This document shows, piece after piece, positions 1 to 9,241 of a DNA stretch of 40,075 nt. Numbering within the stretch: position 1 is the first letter of the stretch; each line of letters starts with the position of its first letter. Source of the stretch: Fidelibacterota bacterium (GTDB lineage Bacteria > Fidelibacterota > Marinisomatia > Marinisomatales > Marinisomataceae); contig JAAZXT010000031.1 in assembly GCA_014240005.1 (NCBI GenBank), forward strand, positions 1-40,075, given 5' to 3'. Under the pieces are notes generated by a model, which was not told the DNA's origin, did not search any database, and worked only from the letters and a program-made list of their open reading frames with translations. The position numbers were made by a program, and so were the translations under genes.

Positions 1-1551
1 GTAGAATCTGAGACTGAATTATCGATTGAAAAAGGAATCATTGAAAAAGAAGTTGATATTGATCAAAAAAGATCAAACTCTATTATTAGAAAGGACTGGA
101 AGTTCCCATCTACAGATATATTAGAATTTGTTTCAGATGAATCAGAAGAATTAAGTAGTGATTATCTAAAAGATAGAGCAGAATTCTTGCGTAGTTCTAT
201 CTCAACATTTGGAGTAGAAGGACAGACCGGATCAATTAAAACTGGTCCAATTATTACATTATTTGAGATAGAACCAGCCGAAGGAGTAAGGGTAAATAAG
301 TTTGTTCAACTTTCAGATGATATTGCAAGAGTAATGGAAGCGGATAGGGTAAGAGTTTTAGCACCTATACCTGGAACATCTCTTGTTGGGGTTGAGATTC
401 CTAATGATAATCCCCAAACAATTTATTTAAAGTCAGTGATTAATTCTGAAAAGTATTTAAAATCAAATGCAAAACTAAAGCTAGCTATAGGAAAGGGGAT
501 TCTTGGGGATATTGCTATTCTCGATTTAGTGGAAATGCCCCATCTTCTAATTGCTGGAACAACCGGTTCCGGAAAGTCTGTATCATTAAATGCTATTATC
601 GTTAGCCTTCTTTATCAATTAAAACCAGATGAGGTAAAGTTTGTAATTATTGATCCTAAAAAAGTAGAAATGTCTTTATATAAAGGACTTGAAGATCATT
701 ATCTGTTAAAATTTGACGGAATTGATGAATCGATTATTACCAAGAAAGATAATGCAATTCTTGCTTTAAGGTCGCTAGAGAAAGAAATGGATGCAAGATA
801 CGATTTACTTGCTGAATCTGGTAAAAGAAATATTGCTGAATATAACAGTATGATGAAAAAGGCTAAGAAGGATTTAATGCCATACATTGTATTGATGGTT
901 GACGAATTGGCTGATTTAATGATGTATAGCCCTAGAGATGTTGAAGCGCCTATTGCTAGATTAGCTCAATTAGCAAGAGCTGTTGGTATTCATTTAGTCA
1001 TTGCAACTCAAAGACCTTCTGTTGATGTAATTACGGGTATTATTAAGGCAAACTTTCCTGCTAGGATAGCATTCCAGGTTGCTACAAAGATTGACTCTAG
1101 AACAATTTTAGATGTTAACGGGGCAGATAAATTAATTGGAAAAGGAGACATGCTTTATCAAAAGCCAGGATCTTCTTCTCCTGTTAGAATGCATGGTGCT
1201 TTTGTTACTCTAAAAGAAATTGAAGATCTAGTGGAATATATATCAGAGCAACCAAAACCAAATGAAATTATACTTGAAACTGTTAGAGGCAATACGAGTA
1301 CTTTGAATGGCAATGAGAACGGTATCGAAGATGAACTTCTTGAACAGGCAATTGAAATCGTAGTGATGAGCAAGCAAGGATCTATTTCATTGTTACAAAG
1401 AAGGTTATCTGTAGGCTATTCTAGAGCTGCTAGGCTTATAGATGAGATGGAAAGATTAAAAATTGTGGGACCTTTTACTGGAAGTAAAGCACGCGAAGTT
1501 CTTGTTGATGAATCTTATCTAGAAACAATCAAAGATGATCAAGAAGTATAG
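1..1551 (+). CDS. ftsK: DNA translocase FtsK (5'-partial; the frame is open from base 1)
   Basis: Walker A GTTGSGKS, IIDPKKVEM, Walker B VDELADLMM, ATQRPSVDVITG and C-terminal gamma domain SISLLQRRLSVGYSRAARLIDEME. Frame 1 has no stop between 1 and 187, so the TTG at 187 is not the real start. Confidence 0.97.
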   Translation, partial: VESETELSIEKGIIEKEVDIDQKRSNSIIRKDWKFPSTDILEFVSDESEELSSDYLKDRAEFLRSSISTFGVEGQTGSIKTGPIITLFEIEPAEGVRVNKFVQLSDDIARVMEADRVRVLAPIPGTSLVGVEIPNDNPQTIYLKSVINSEKYLKSNAKLKLAIGKGILGDIAILDLVEMPHLLIAGTTGSGKSVSLNAIIVSLLYQLKPDEVKFVIIDPKKVEMSLYKGLEDHYLLKFDGIDESIITKKDNAILALRSLEKEMDARYDLLAESGKRNIAEYNSMMKKAKKDLMPYIVLMVDELADLMMYSPRDVEAPIARLAQLARAVGIHLVIATQRPSVDVITGIIKANFPARIAFQVATKIDSRTILDVNGADKLIGKGDMLYQKPGSSSPVRMHGAFVTLKEIEDLVEYISEQPKPNEIILETVRGNTSTLNGNENGIEDELLEQAIEIVVMSKQGSISLLQRRLSVGYSRAARLIDEMERLKIVGPFTGSKAREVLVDESYLETIKDDQEV

Positions 1552-2095
1552 TTTAATTCTCTTATTTAGTATATCATTTACCCAGAATATGATTGAAGAT
1601 AATATTGTTTCATTTATTGAGAATCTAGATAATAAAACCTTAACATTAATTATTGAAAAAGATGGTGTTAATAGCGATGCAACTCTATCAGTATCAAACG
1701 AAAAAATTTATTTTGATACATTAAGCGAAGATGGAACAATCGCTATTATAGATAGTGTAAGTATTATAACATATGACTTTAATGATGAAGTGATAATTAT
1801 GGAAACCGTAGATAATACTTTCTTAGATATTTTTAATAGTAATAATTTATCAAAATACAATGTTGTAGGAAAAAATATTCAACATAGAATATGTATAATT
1901 GATTATGAATTTGAATCACTATTGACATCGATTGAATTTGATATGACTTCCAAAGAGATTATATCAATCGAAGTAAAAGATAGCGATATTATTTTATTTA
2001 AATCTCGTATAGAAGATATTTCAATTTTTAATTTTTATGTCGATAAAAAGAGTTTTGAATCTTGGAAAGTCTTAGATTGGAGAGAAAATGAGTAA
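1535..2095 (+). CDS. Secreted protein, probably a divergent LolA-like lipoprotein carrier
   Basis: Signal-peptide-like N-terminus (MIKKYSLILLFSISFTQ), 186 aa, beta-strand-like pattern, and the conserved position directly after ftsK (ftsK-lolA synteny). The call rests mostly on synteny. Confidence 0.5.
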   Translation: MIKKYSLILLFSISFTQNMIEDNIVSFIENLDNKTLTLIIEKDGVNSDATLSVSNEKIYFDTLSEDGTIAIIDSVSIITYDFNDEVIIMETVDNTFLDIFNSNNLSKYNVVGKNIQHRICIIDYEFESLLTSIEFDMTSKEIISIEVKDSDIILFKSRIEDISIFNFYVDKKSFESWKVLDWRENE

Positions 2096-2639
2096 AATAT
2101 TTGATGCAATATTTTTAGATAGAGATGGAACAATCAGTCATGATCCTTACGGCTATATAAACAGTCTTCCTGATTATAATTTTTTTGATTATACATTTGA
2201 GGCATTAGAAATATTAAACAAATACACTGATAAGTTTGTAATTGTTACCAATCAATCAGGTTTAGCTTCAGGCAAGATTGATCTAGAAAATCTAGAAGAG
2301 ATAAATAGTTTTATTTATCAAGAATTTGATAAAAGAGACTTGCCTTTAAAGAAAATATACTTTGCTGAAAACTATGATGAGAGTTATCAATCAATGAGAA
2401 AGCCTGGAATTGGAATGTTTGCAAAAGCCAAAGAAGAATTTGATATTGATTTATCAAAAAGTTTAATGATTGGAGATTCTGTAGTTGACATGCAAGTAGG
2501 AGATAGGCTTGGTATGAAAACAATATTCTTATTAACTGGAATGGGTAAAGACTATCTTGATGAAGTAAAATCAAAGTGTAAAGCCAATCTGATATCTAAT
2601 AATTTACTAGAAGCAGCGAAGGATATAGTATTAATATAG
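2088..2639 (+). CDS. gmhB: HAD-IIIA phosphatase, GmhB (heptose-1,7-bisphosphate phosphatase) / HisB-N family
   Basis: Motifs FLDRDGTI, VTNQSG, RKPGIGM and MIGDS..D. The usual CxH..CxC Zn loop is absent. Confidence 0.8.
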   Translation: MSKIFDAIFLDRDGTISHDPYGYINSLPDYNFFDYTFEALEILNKYTDKFVIVTNQSGLASGKIDLENLEEINSFIYQEFDKRDLPLKKIYFAENYDESYQSMRKPGIGMFAKAKEEFDIDLSKSLMIGDSVVDMQVGDRLGMKTIFLLTGMGKDYLDEVKSKCKANLISNNLLEAAKDIVLI

Positions 2640-3529
2640 GCGTCATATATGGTGGAGATTCAGAGGAGAGTGAAGTTTCCATAAAATCTGGAAAGGCTAT
2701 ATCTAATGCCTGTAACAAGATGGGTTATCAGGTTTCTATATTTCATATATTAAACAATAGCATTGATGACATTCTTCCCGATCTTAAGAAACTAGATTTT
2801 GTATTCTTAGCATTGCATGGAGTTTTTGGAGAAGATGGGTCTATTCAAGAAATTCTAGAGCAGAATGATATAGTTTATAATGGCTCTGAATCAAATTCTT
2901 CTACAAATTGTTTTAATAAGAGTTTTACTAAAACAATTGCTAAAGATAATAGTATTCTAACACCAAATTTTATTATCATAGATAAGAAAAATTTTAGTAA
3001 CAAAGAATATAATTTTAACAAGTCTGTTATTAAACCAAACAAGCAAGGAAGTTCGATTGGTTTTTCTATTATAGATAATCAAAAAAATATTGAATCTGCA
3101 TTAGATTCTGCTCTTGAGCATGATAGTCATGCCTTAATAGAAGAATATATTGAGGGCCGTGAGATTACAGTTTCAATCCTAGACAATGATGCACTTCCTA
3201 TCATAGAAATTCAGCCAAATCATGGAGTATATGATTATAGGGCAAAATATACCAAAGGTGCATCTAATTATATATGCCCCGCAGATATAGATCAATCAAT
3301 ATCTAATGATATAAAAAGCATTGCTTTAAAGATTCATCAATTATTGAATTGTAAAGTTTATTCTAGGGTAGATTTTAGGTTAGATAAGAATAATGATTCT
3401 TGGTTACTTGAAATAAATACATTGCCAGGAATGACAGAAACCAGCTTATTTCCAATGGCAGCAAAAGCTACCGGATTATCTTTTGAAGATTTAATTGATA
3501 AAATTATTAAATTATCTCTAGAAAAATGA
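2630..3529 (+). CDS. ddl: D-alanine--D-alanine ligase (proposed start ATT at 2630)
   Basis: LHGVFGEDG, KPNKQGSSIG, EEYIEGREIT, YDYRAKY and LEINTLPGMT. The conserved N-terminal IGVIYGGDSEESEVSIKSG lies in frame upstream of ATG 2720, with an in-frame TAA at 2600. The start coordinate is inferred. Confidence 0.93.
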   Translation: MNIGVIYGGDSEESEVSIKSGKAISNACNKMGYQVSIFHILNNSIDDILPDLKKLDFVFLALHGVFGEDGSIQEILEQNDIVYNGSESNSSTNCFNKSFTKTIAKDNSILTPNFIIIDKKNFSNKEYNFNKSVIKPNKQGSSIGFSIIDNQKNIESALDSALEHDSHALIEEYIEGREITVSILDNDALPIIEIQPNHGVYDYRAKYTKGASNYICPADIDQSISNDIKSIALKIHQLLNCKVYSRVDFRLDKNNDSWLLEINTLPGMTETSLFPMAAKATGLSFEDLIDKIIKLSLEK

Positions 3530-4905
3530 AATTACAATTTTACAATTCAGTTACTTCAGAAAAAGAAGAGTTTCAACCTATATCCAATAAGGAAGTATTG
3601 GTATATGGTTGTGGTCCAACAGTTTATAATTCTCCTCACATAGGTAATTTTAGAACATTCATATTCTATGACTTGCTCAACAGAGTGCTTGTACAAAATG
3701 GATATACTGTAAAAAATGTTATCAACATCACCGATATAGATGATAAGATTATTGATAGAGTTAATAATGAAGATATTGCATTTAATGATTTAATACAAAA
3801 GTATGAACGCATTTTTCTAGAGCAATCAGATTTTCTTAGTATTTTACCTTCCACTTTCAATCCTAGGGCATCAGAGTATGTATCGGAGATGATCGATTTT
3901 ATTAAATCTCTTACGGATAAAGGAATGGCTTACAATATAAATGGAAATATTTTTTTTGATACAAAAGAATATAGTAAATATGGAAAATTTGTAAATATTG
4001 ATGATGACAACCTATCTAAAGAAGACAATGAACTAGGAAAGAAACATCCCAATGATTTTGCATTATGGAAAGCATGGAAAGAATCAGATGGTGAGATTAC
4101 ATGGACATCAGATTGGGGAAATGGTAGACCTGCATGGCATACAGAATGCGCTGTTTTAGGAACACAATTATTAGGCGAATCTATAGATATTCATTGCGGT
4201 GGAATTGATTTAAAATTTCCGCATCATGAGAATGAGTCAGCTCAAGTAGAAGCATTATTGGGAAATCAATTTGCAAATTATTGGCTTCATTCAGAGCATT
4301 TAATTTTTGATAGAGAGAAAATGAGTAAATCTTTAGGAAATACATTAACTATCTCTGATTTATTAAAAAAATACTCCTCTGAATCGTTAAGATTGTTTTT
4401 ACTTTCATCTCATTATCGATCAAAGGTATCTTTTTCAGATAAAAAATTAGATGATTCATCGAAGATGGTAGATAAGATCGATAGATTTGTAAATAATTTT
4501 GATTTAGTTACTATTGATGTTCAAGATATAAAATATAGCAGCTCTCATTTAGCTTTTCTTGATGCTTTAAATGATGATTTGAATACTCCGGAAGCACTTG
4601 GTATATTTTTTGATTTTATCAGTAAGATGAACAAAAATATTGATAATGAATTAATGACAGAAGATTTAAAAGTTGAATCAAAAATATTTATCAATTTATT
4701 TAATTCAATTTTTAGCATTATTAATACATCTTTATCGAACAAAGATTCTATACCTAAAAATATCCAAGATCTTGCTTCTTTGCGAGAAGAAATGAGAAAT
4801 AAATCTGAATGGAATGAAGCAGATAAACTAAGAGGAAAGATTGAAAACTTAGGTTGGCTCATTGAAGATACAAAAGATGGTCAGAAACTCATTCAAAAGA
4901 AATAA
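3526..4905 (+). CDS. cysS: Cysteine--tRNA ligase
   Basis: YGCGPTVY, HIGN, DFALWK, WHTEC, FPHHENE and KMSKSLGN. Confidence 0.98.
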   Translation: MKLQFYNSVTSEKEEFQPISNKEVLVYGCGPTVYNSPHIGNFRTFIFYDLLNRVLVQNGYTVKNVINITDIDDKIIDRVNNEDIAFNDLIQKYERIFLEQSDFLSILPSTFNPRASEYVSEMIDFIKSLTDKGMAYNINGNIFFDTKEYSKYGKFVNIDDDNLSKEDNELGKKHPNDFALWKAWKESDGEITWTSDWGNGRPAWHTECAVLGTQLLGESIDIHCGGIDLKFPHHENESAQVEALLGNQFANYWLHSEHLIFDREKMSKSLGNTLTISDLLKKYSSESLRLFLLSSHYRSKVSFSDKKLDDSSKMVDKIDRFVNNFDLVTIDVQDIKYSSSHLAFLDALNDDLNTPEALGIFFDFISKMNKNIDNELMTEDLKVESKIFINLFNSIFSIINTSLSNKDSIPKNIQDLASLREEMRNKSEWNEADKLRGKIENLGWLIEDTKDGQKLIQKK

Positions 4906-4906
4906 T

Positions 4907-4934
4907 TTGTTTTCCTGTTAATTCTTCTTATATT
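4907..4934 (+). promoter_or_regulatory. Putative sigma70 promoter for the tRNA-tuf operon
   Basis: TTGTTT-16 nt-TATATT followed by a GC-rich discriminator-like TCGTCGC, directly upstream of the tRNA cluster. Confidence 0.5.
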
Positions 4935-4984
4935 TCGTCGCTTTTACCTACGCGTGCGTGTATAGGTATATACAAAAGTACATT

Positions 4985-5057
4985 GCCGGTGTAGCTCAGT
5001 TGGTAGAGCAAGTGATTTGTAATCACTAGGTCGGGGGTTCAAGTCCTCTCGCCGGCT
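4985..5057 (+). tRNA. tRNA-Thr(TGT)
   Basis: Cloverleaf: acceptor GCCGGTG/CGCCGGC, anticodon arm AGTGA-TT-TGT-AA-TCACT, T-loop GTTCAAGTC. CCA not encoded. Confidence 0.96.
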
Positions 5058-5132
5058 CAGTTTTTTTGGTAAGAGTAAGATATTTGAAAATTTTTTGTCC
5101 TACTATCAGGTAGTATTGAGTATTAGGATTTC

Positions 5133-5215
5133 GGGCAAATGGCCGAGTGGTTAAAGGCAGCAGACTGTAAATCTGCCGACGTAAGTCTACGGAGGTTCGA
5201 ATCCTTCTTTGCCCA
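5133..5215 (+). tRNA. tRNA-Tyr(GTA)
   Basis: Acceptor GGGCAAA/TTTGCCC, anticodon arm GCAGA-CT-GTA-AA-TCTGC, long variable arm, GTTCGAATC. Confidence 0.96.
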
Positions 5216-5223
5216 CAGGTTTT

Positions 5224-5296
5224 GCGAGTGTAGCTCAGCTGGTAGAGCATCAGCCTTCCAAGCTGAGGGTCGCGCGTTCGAATCGCGTCACTCGCT
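5224..5296 (+). tRNA. tRNA-Gly(TCC)
   Basis: Acceptor GCGAGTG/CACTCGC, anticodon arm TCAGC-CT-TCC-AA-GCTGA, GTTCGAATC. Confidence 0.96.
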
Positions 5297-5309
5297 CAAG
5301 AATTTTATT

Positions 5310-5382
5310 GCCTGCGTAGCTCAGTAGGTAGAGCACTTCGTTGGTAACGAAGAGGTCACCGGTTCAATCCCGGTCGTAGGCT
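5310..5382 (+). tRNA. tRNA-Thr(GGT)
   Basis: Acceptor GCCTGCG/CGTAGGC, anticodon arm CTTCG-TT-GGT-AA-CGAAG. Completes the classic Thr-Tyr-Gly-Thr-tuf cluster. Confidence 0.96.
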
Positions 5383-5432
5383 CAAAAAAAATTGAAGATT
5401 TGTATTTTGATAAAAATAAAGGAGAGTAAAAA

Positions 5433-6623
5433 ATGGCTAAAGAAGTATTTAAAAGAGATAAGCCTCACTGTAATATTGGTACTATTGGTCACGTTGATCA
5501 TGGTAAAACAACATTAACAGCAGCTATTACAGAAACCCAAGCTGCTAAGGGATTAGCTGAAAAACGTGGTTTTGACAGTATTGATAATGCACCTGAGGAA
5601 AGAGAAAGAGGTATTACAATTCAAACAGCTCATGTTGAGTATGAGACTGAAAGTCGTCACTACGCTCACGTTGACTGTCCTGGTCACGCCGACTATATTA
5701 AAAATATGATTACTGGTGCTGCACAGATGGATGGTGGTATTCTTGTGGTTAGTGCCGCAGATGGTCCTATGCCTCAAACTCGCGAGCACGTTCTTTTAGC
5801 TCGTCAGGTAAATGTTCCAAGTCTGGTTGTTTTTATGAATAAATGTGACCAAGTAGATGACGAAGAGCTTTTGGAATTAGTAGAAATGGAGCTTAGAGAT
5901 CTATTAACTGAATACAAGTTTGATGGAGATAATGTTCCAATCATTAAAGGAAGTGCTTTAAAAGCTCTTGAAAATCCTACAGATGCTGAAGCAACAAAAT
6001 GTATTACTGAACTAATGGACGCTTGTGACTCATATATTCCTCAACCAAAAAGAGCGCTTGATAAACCGTTCTTGATGCCTGTTGAAGATGTATTTAGTAT
6101 TACAGGTAGAGGAACTGTTGGAACAGGTAGAATTGAATCAGGTAAGATTAAAGTCGGTGACGAAGTTGAGCTTATTGGTATGGGTTCTGATATGACTACT
6201 ACTATTACAGGAGTAGAAATGTTTCAAAAAACACTTGATGAAGGAGAAGCAGGAGATAATGCTGGTCTTCTAATGAGAGGTATTGAGAAAGATGACTTAA
6301 AAAGAGGTATGGTTGCAGCTGCTAAAGGTTCAATCACTCCTCACACTAAGTTCAAAGCAAATGTATATGTTTTGAAAAAAGAAGAAGGTGGCAGACATAC
6401 TCCATTCTTTAACAATTACAGACCTCAGTTCTATTTTAGAACTACAGATGTAACTGGAGTAGTTACATTACCTGAAGGAACTGAAATGGTTATGCCTGGA
6501 GATAATGTTGAAATGTCAGTTGAATTAATTACACCGATTGCTATGAATCAAGAACTAAGGTTTGCTATCAGAGAAGGTGGACATACAGTAGGGGCTGGCG
6601 TCGTTACTGCTATTGAAAACTAA
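5433..6623 (+). CDS. tuf: Elongation factor Tu
   Basis: [21 protein letters not shown]; SD-like AAGGAG upstream. Confidence 0.99.
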   Translation: MAKEVFKRDKPHCNIGTIGHVDHGKTTLTAAITETQAAKGLAEKRGFDSIDNAPEERERGITIQTAHVEYETESRHYAHVDCPGHADYIKNMITGAAQMDGGILVVSAADGPMPQTREHVLLARQVNVPSLVVFMNKCDQVDDEELLELVEMELRDLLTEYKFDGDNVPIIKGSALKALENPTDAEATKCITELMDACDSYIPQPKRALDKPFLMPVEDVFSITGRGTVGTGRIESGKIKVGDEVELIGMGSDMTTTITGVEMFQKTLDEGEAGDNAGLLMRGIEKDDLKRGMVAAAKGSITPHTKFKANVYVLKKEEGGRHTPFFNNYRPQFYFRTTDVTGVVTLPEGTEMVMPGDNVEMSVELITPIAMNQELRFAIREGGHTVGAGVVTAIEN

Positions 6624-6629
6624 TAAGAG

Positions 6630-6794
6630 ATGGCAGGCAATAGCAAAAGAGCAATTGTAAGACTTGAGAGTTCTGCAGGGACAGGATATCGCTATACTGT
6701 TACTAAAAATAAGAGTAAGCATCCTGATAAACTTGAATATAAAAAGTTTGATCCTGTAGCTCGCAAGCATGTTCTTTTTAAAGAGATAAAATAA
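6630..6794 (+). CDS. rpmG: 50S ribosomal protein L33 (Zn-free, C- type; 54 aa, below the ORF-track cutoff)
   Basis: Manual translation [54 protein letters not shown]; located between tuf and tRNA-Trp/secE. Confidence 0.96.
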   Translation: MAGNSKRAIVRLESSAGTGYRYTVTKNKSKHPDKLEYKKFDPVARKHVLFKEIK

Positions 6795-6805
6795 AAATAG
6801 CAAAT

Positions 6806-6878
6806 AGGTGAGTAGCTCAATTGGTAGAGCATCGGTCTCCAAAACCGGGGGTTGCGGGTTCAATTCCTGCCTCACCTG
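6806..6878 (+). tRNA. tRNA-Trp(CCA)
   Basis: Acceptor AGGTGAG/CTCACCT, anticodon loop CT-CCA-AA, GTTCAATTC; usual position before secE. Confidence 0.95.
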
Positions 6879-6893
6879 CAAAAAGGGAAAAGT

Positions 6894-7076
6894 ATGTTGA
6901 AAGCGGTAAAAGATTTTTTAAATCAAGTATACCTAGAAATGAATAAAGTTTCTTGGCCAAGCTACTCTGAATTAAGAGGATCGACTTATCTGATTATTAT
7001 TTTTTTCTTAGTATTTGCATTATTTTTATTTGGAGTTGATTGGGTAATTCAAAAATTAGTGAGAGTGGTATTATGA
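6894..7076 (+). CDS. secE: Preprotein translocase subunit SecE
   Basis: EMNKVSWPS motif followed by one TM helix. ATG 6894 chosen because the ORF-track start at 6852 lies inside tRNA-Trp. Confidence 0.93.
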   Translation: MLKAVKDFLNQVYLEMNKVSWPSYSELRGSTYLIIIFFLVFALFLFGVDWVIQKLVRVVL

Positions 7077-7606
7077 ATTGGTATAGTTTAAGAGTCATGT
7101 CAGGTAAAGAGGAAAAAATTAAAAATAATATTTTCCGCGAACTTGAATATGAAAAAGATATAGCAGGACATGTTGAGGATATTTTAATACCAACTGAGAA
7201 TGTGGTAGATATTAAAAATGGAAAAAAACTGGTAAAGAAGAAAGTATTCTTTCCTGGATATATTCTTTTAAAAATGGAAATGAATAACGAAACAAAATTT
7301 TTTATTGAAGGTATTGATGGTGTAATGAGCTTTGTAGGACCTAAAGGCAGCCCTCAATCGTTAAACGATGTTGAGATTAAAAGAATTATTGGTTCTTTTG
7401 ATGGAGATAATGATTCAGTAGAAGTAATGGAAGAAATACCATTTAAAGTGGGAGATTCTGTTAAAGTTATTGATGGGCCTTTCAAAGACTTTAATGGTCT
7501 TATTCAAGAGATTAATGATAAGAATAGAATTAAAGTAAACGTCAATATTTTTGGTCGTCCAACACCTATTGAATTAAGCTTTAATCAAATATTGATAGAG
7601 AATTAA
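7073..7606 (+). CDS. nusG: Transcription termination/antitermination factor NusG
   Basis: MNWYSLRVMSGKE, FFPGYI, KOW VKVIDGPFKDF, IFGRPTPIEL; ATGA overlap with the secE stop. Confidence 0.97.
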   Translation: MNWYSLRVMSGKEEKIKNNIFRELEYEKDIAGHVEDILIPTENVVDIKNGKKLVKKKVFFPGYILLKMEMNNETKFFIEGIDGVMSFVGPKGSPQSLNDVEIKRIIGSFDGDNDSVEVMEEIPFKVGDSVKVIDGPFKDFNGLIQEINDKNRIKVNVNIFGRPTPIELSFNQILIEN

Positions 7607-7609
7607 AAA

Positions 7610-8038
7610 ATGGCAACAAAAGAAAAAACAGGACTTATTAAATTACAAATTCCAGCTGGACAAGCAAATCCTGCTCCACCAGTTGGACCTGCTTTGGGTC
7701 AGCACGGCGTAAATATTATGGACTTCTGCAATGCATTTAATGAATCCACAAAAGAATTACAGGGAATGCTAACTCCTGTTATTATAACAGTTTACAAAGA
7801 TAGATCTTTTACTTTTGAAATAAAATCCCCACCAGCATCTACTTTGATTATGAAAGAATTGAATATGAAAAAAGGCTCTCAAGAGCCAAATAAAGATAAA
7901 GTTGGATCGATAACAATAGCACAATGTAAAAAAATTGCTGAGATGAAGATGAAAGATTTAAATGCACATACATTGGATCATGCAGCGGAAATGATTGCTG
8001 GTACTGCTGTTAGCATGGGAATTGAGATAGATAGATGA
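7610..8038 (+). CDS. rplK: 50S ribosomal protein L11
   Basis: [23 protein letters not shown]. Confidence 0.99.
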   Translation: MATKEKTGLIKLQIPAGQANPAPPVGPALGQHGVNIMDFCNAFNESTKELQGMLTPVIITVYKDRSFTFEIKSPPASTLIMKELNMKKGSQEPNKDKVGSITIAQCKKIAEMKMKDLNAHTLDHAAEMIAGTAVSMGIEIDR

Positions 8039-8715
8039 AAAATACAAAATTTGCAAAATCAGTTTCAGAGAAATTAGATTCTTCTAAATCTTATGGTATA
8101 AATGAGGCAATGTCATTGCTAATGGAACTTAAGAGATCAACTTTTTCTGAATCTGTTGATGTAGCATTTAATCTAGGTGTTGATCCTAGGCACGCAGAGG
8201 AAAACATTAGATTAAGCCTAATACTACCTCATGGTATTGGACGAAATGTTTCCGTCTTAGCTATAGTCAATTCTGAAAAAGAAGCAGAAGCAAAAGAAGC
8301 AGGAGCAGATTTTGTGGGTAGCGAAGAATATCTTGAAAAAATAAAATCAGGGTGGACTGATGTTGACAAAATAGTGGTTACTCCAGATTTAATGGCACAG
8401 TTAGGAAAATTAGGTAAAGTGTTAGGGCCTAAGGGCTTAATGCCAAATCCTAAATCAGGTACTGTAACAAATGATATAGCTAAAGCAATTAAAGAACTAA
8501 AAGCAGGTAAGCTTGATGCGAGAGTAGAAAAGAATGGAATTTTACAATCTTCAATTGGAAAAACATCTTTTTCTGAGGAAGAATTAAAAGAAAATTTTGA
8601 AACTCTTCGTTCTGCGTTGATGTCTGCAAAACCTAACTCTTTTAAGGGTAAATATTTGAATTCAATTAGTATATCCTCGACATTAGGTCCAGGAATTAAG
8701 ATAGGAACTGAATAA
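8035..8715 (+). CDS. rplA: 50S ribosomal protein L1
   Basis: [31 protein letters not shown]. Confidence 0.99.
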   Translation: MKNTKFAKSVSEKLDSSKSYGINEAMSLLMELKRSTFSESVDVAFNLGVDPRHAEENIRLSLILPHGIGRNVSVLAIVNSEKEAEAKEAGADFVGSEEYLEKIKSGWTDVDKIVVTPDLMAQLGKLGKVLGPKGLMPNPKSGTVTNDIAKAIKELKAGKLDARVEKNGILQSSIGKTSFSEEELKENFETLRSALMSAKPNSFKGKYLNSISISSTLGPGIKIGTE

Positions 8716-8717
8716 TT

Positions 8718-9236
8718 ATGCCAAGTACTAGAAATATAGATGCAGTTAAAGCGTTGAGCGATAAACTGGAAAAAGCTAAGGCAGTATATTTTACTGATTA
8801 TCTAGGCTTGGATGTTGTTAGTATTACTCAATTAAGAAAAGAATTTGTGATGAAAGATGTAGAATTCACAATAGCAAAAAATACCTTAATTAAATTAGCT
8901 GCAAAAGAGGCAGGAATGTCGGGTGTTGATGATTTTCTAACAGGACCAACAGCACTGGCTGTGAGTTATGAAGATGCAACTAATCCAGCACAAGTAATTA
9001 AGAATTTTTTAAAAGATTTTGATAAGCCTTCAGTAAAAGGCATGATTTTAGATGGAGAAGTATTCGAGGCAAATGAGTTTGACAGAATAGCTAATCTACC
9101 ATCAAAAGATCAGCTTTTATCTAAGTTGGTTGGAATGTTAAATTCCCCGATGGCAAAACTGAGCAGTACTTTAGGAAGTCCTGTTTCCGGCTTATTAGGA
9201 GCACTTGAACAATTAAACTCAAAGAAAGAAGGGTAG
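8718..9236 (+). CDS. rplJ: 50S ribosomal protein L10
   Basis: [29 protein letters not shown]; synteny. Confidence 0.97.
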   Translation: MPSTRNIDAVKALSDKLEKAKAVYFTDYLGLDVVSITQLRKEFVMKDVEFTIAKNTLIKLAAKEAGMSGVDDFLTGPTALAVSYEDATNPAQVIKNFLKDFDKPSVKGMILDGEVFEANEFDRIANLPSKDQLLSKLVGMLNSPMAKLSSTLGSPVSGLLGALEQLNSKKEG

Positions 9237-9241
9237 TTAAA

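Noticed and set aside
187-189. TTG start for ftsK given by the ORF track
   Set aside because: The frame is open to the window edge, so the gene begins upstream.
2720-2722. ATG start for ddl given by the ORF track
   Set aside because: It would delete the conserved GG.S.E..VS N-terminal motif present in frame upstream.
5058-5067. T7 run after tRNA-Thr(TGT) as an intrinsic terminator
   Set aside because: There is no dedicated hairpin, and downstream tRNAs and tuf normally share this transcript. T-rich trailers are common.
5026-5327. ORFs 5026-5250 (-) and 5139-5327 (+)
   Set aside because: Spurious translations of the tRNA cluster.
6555-6881. 108-aa minus-strand ORF
   Set aside because: Antisense shadow of the tuf end, rpmG and tRNA-Trp.
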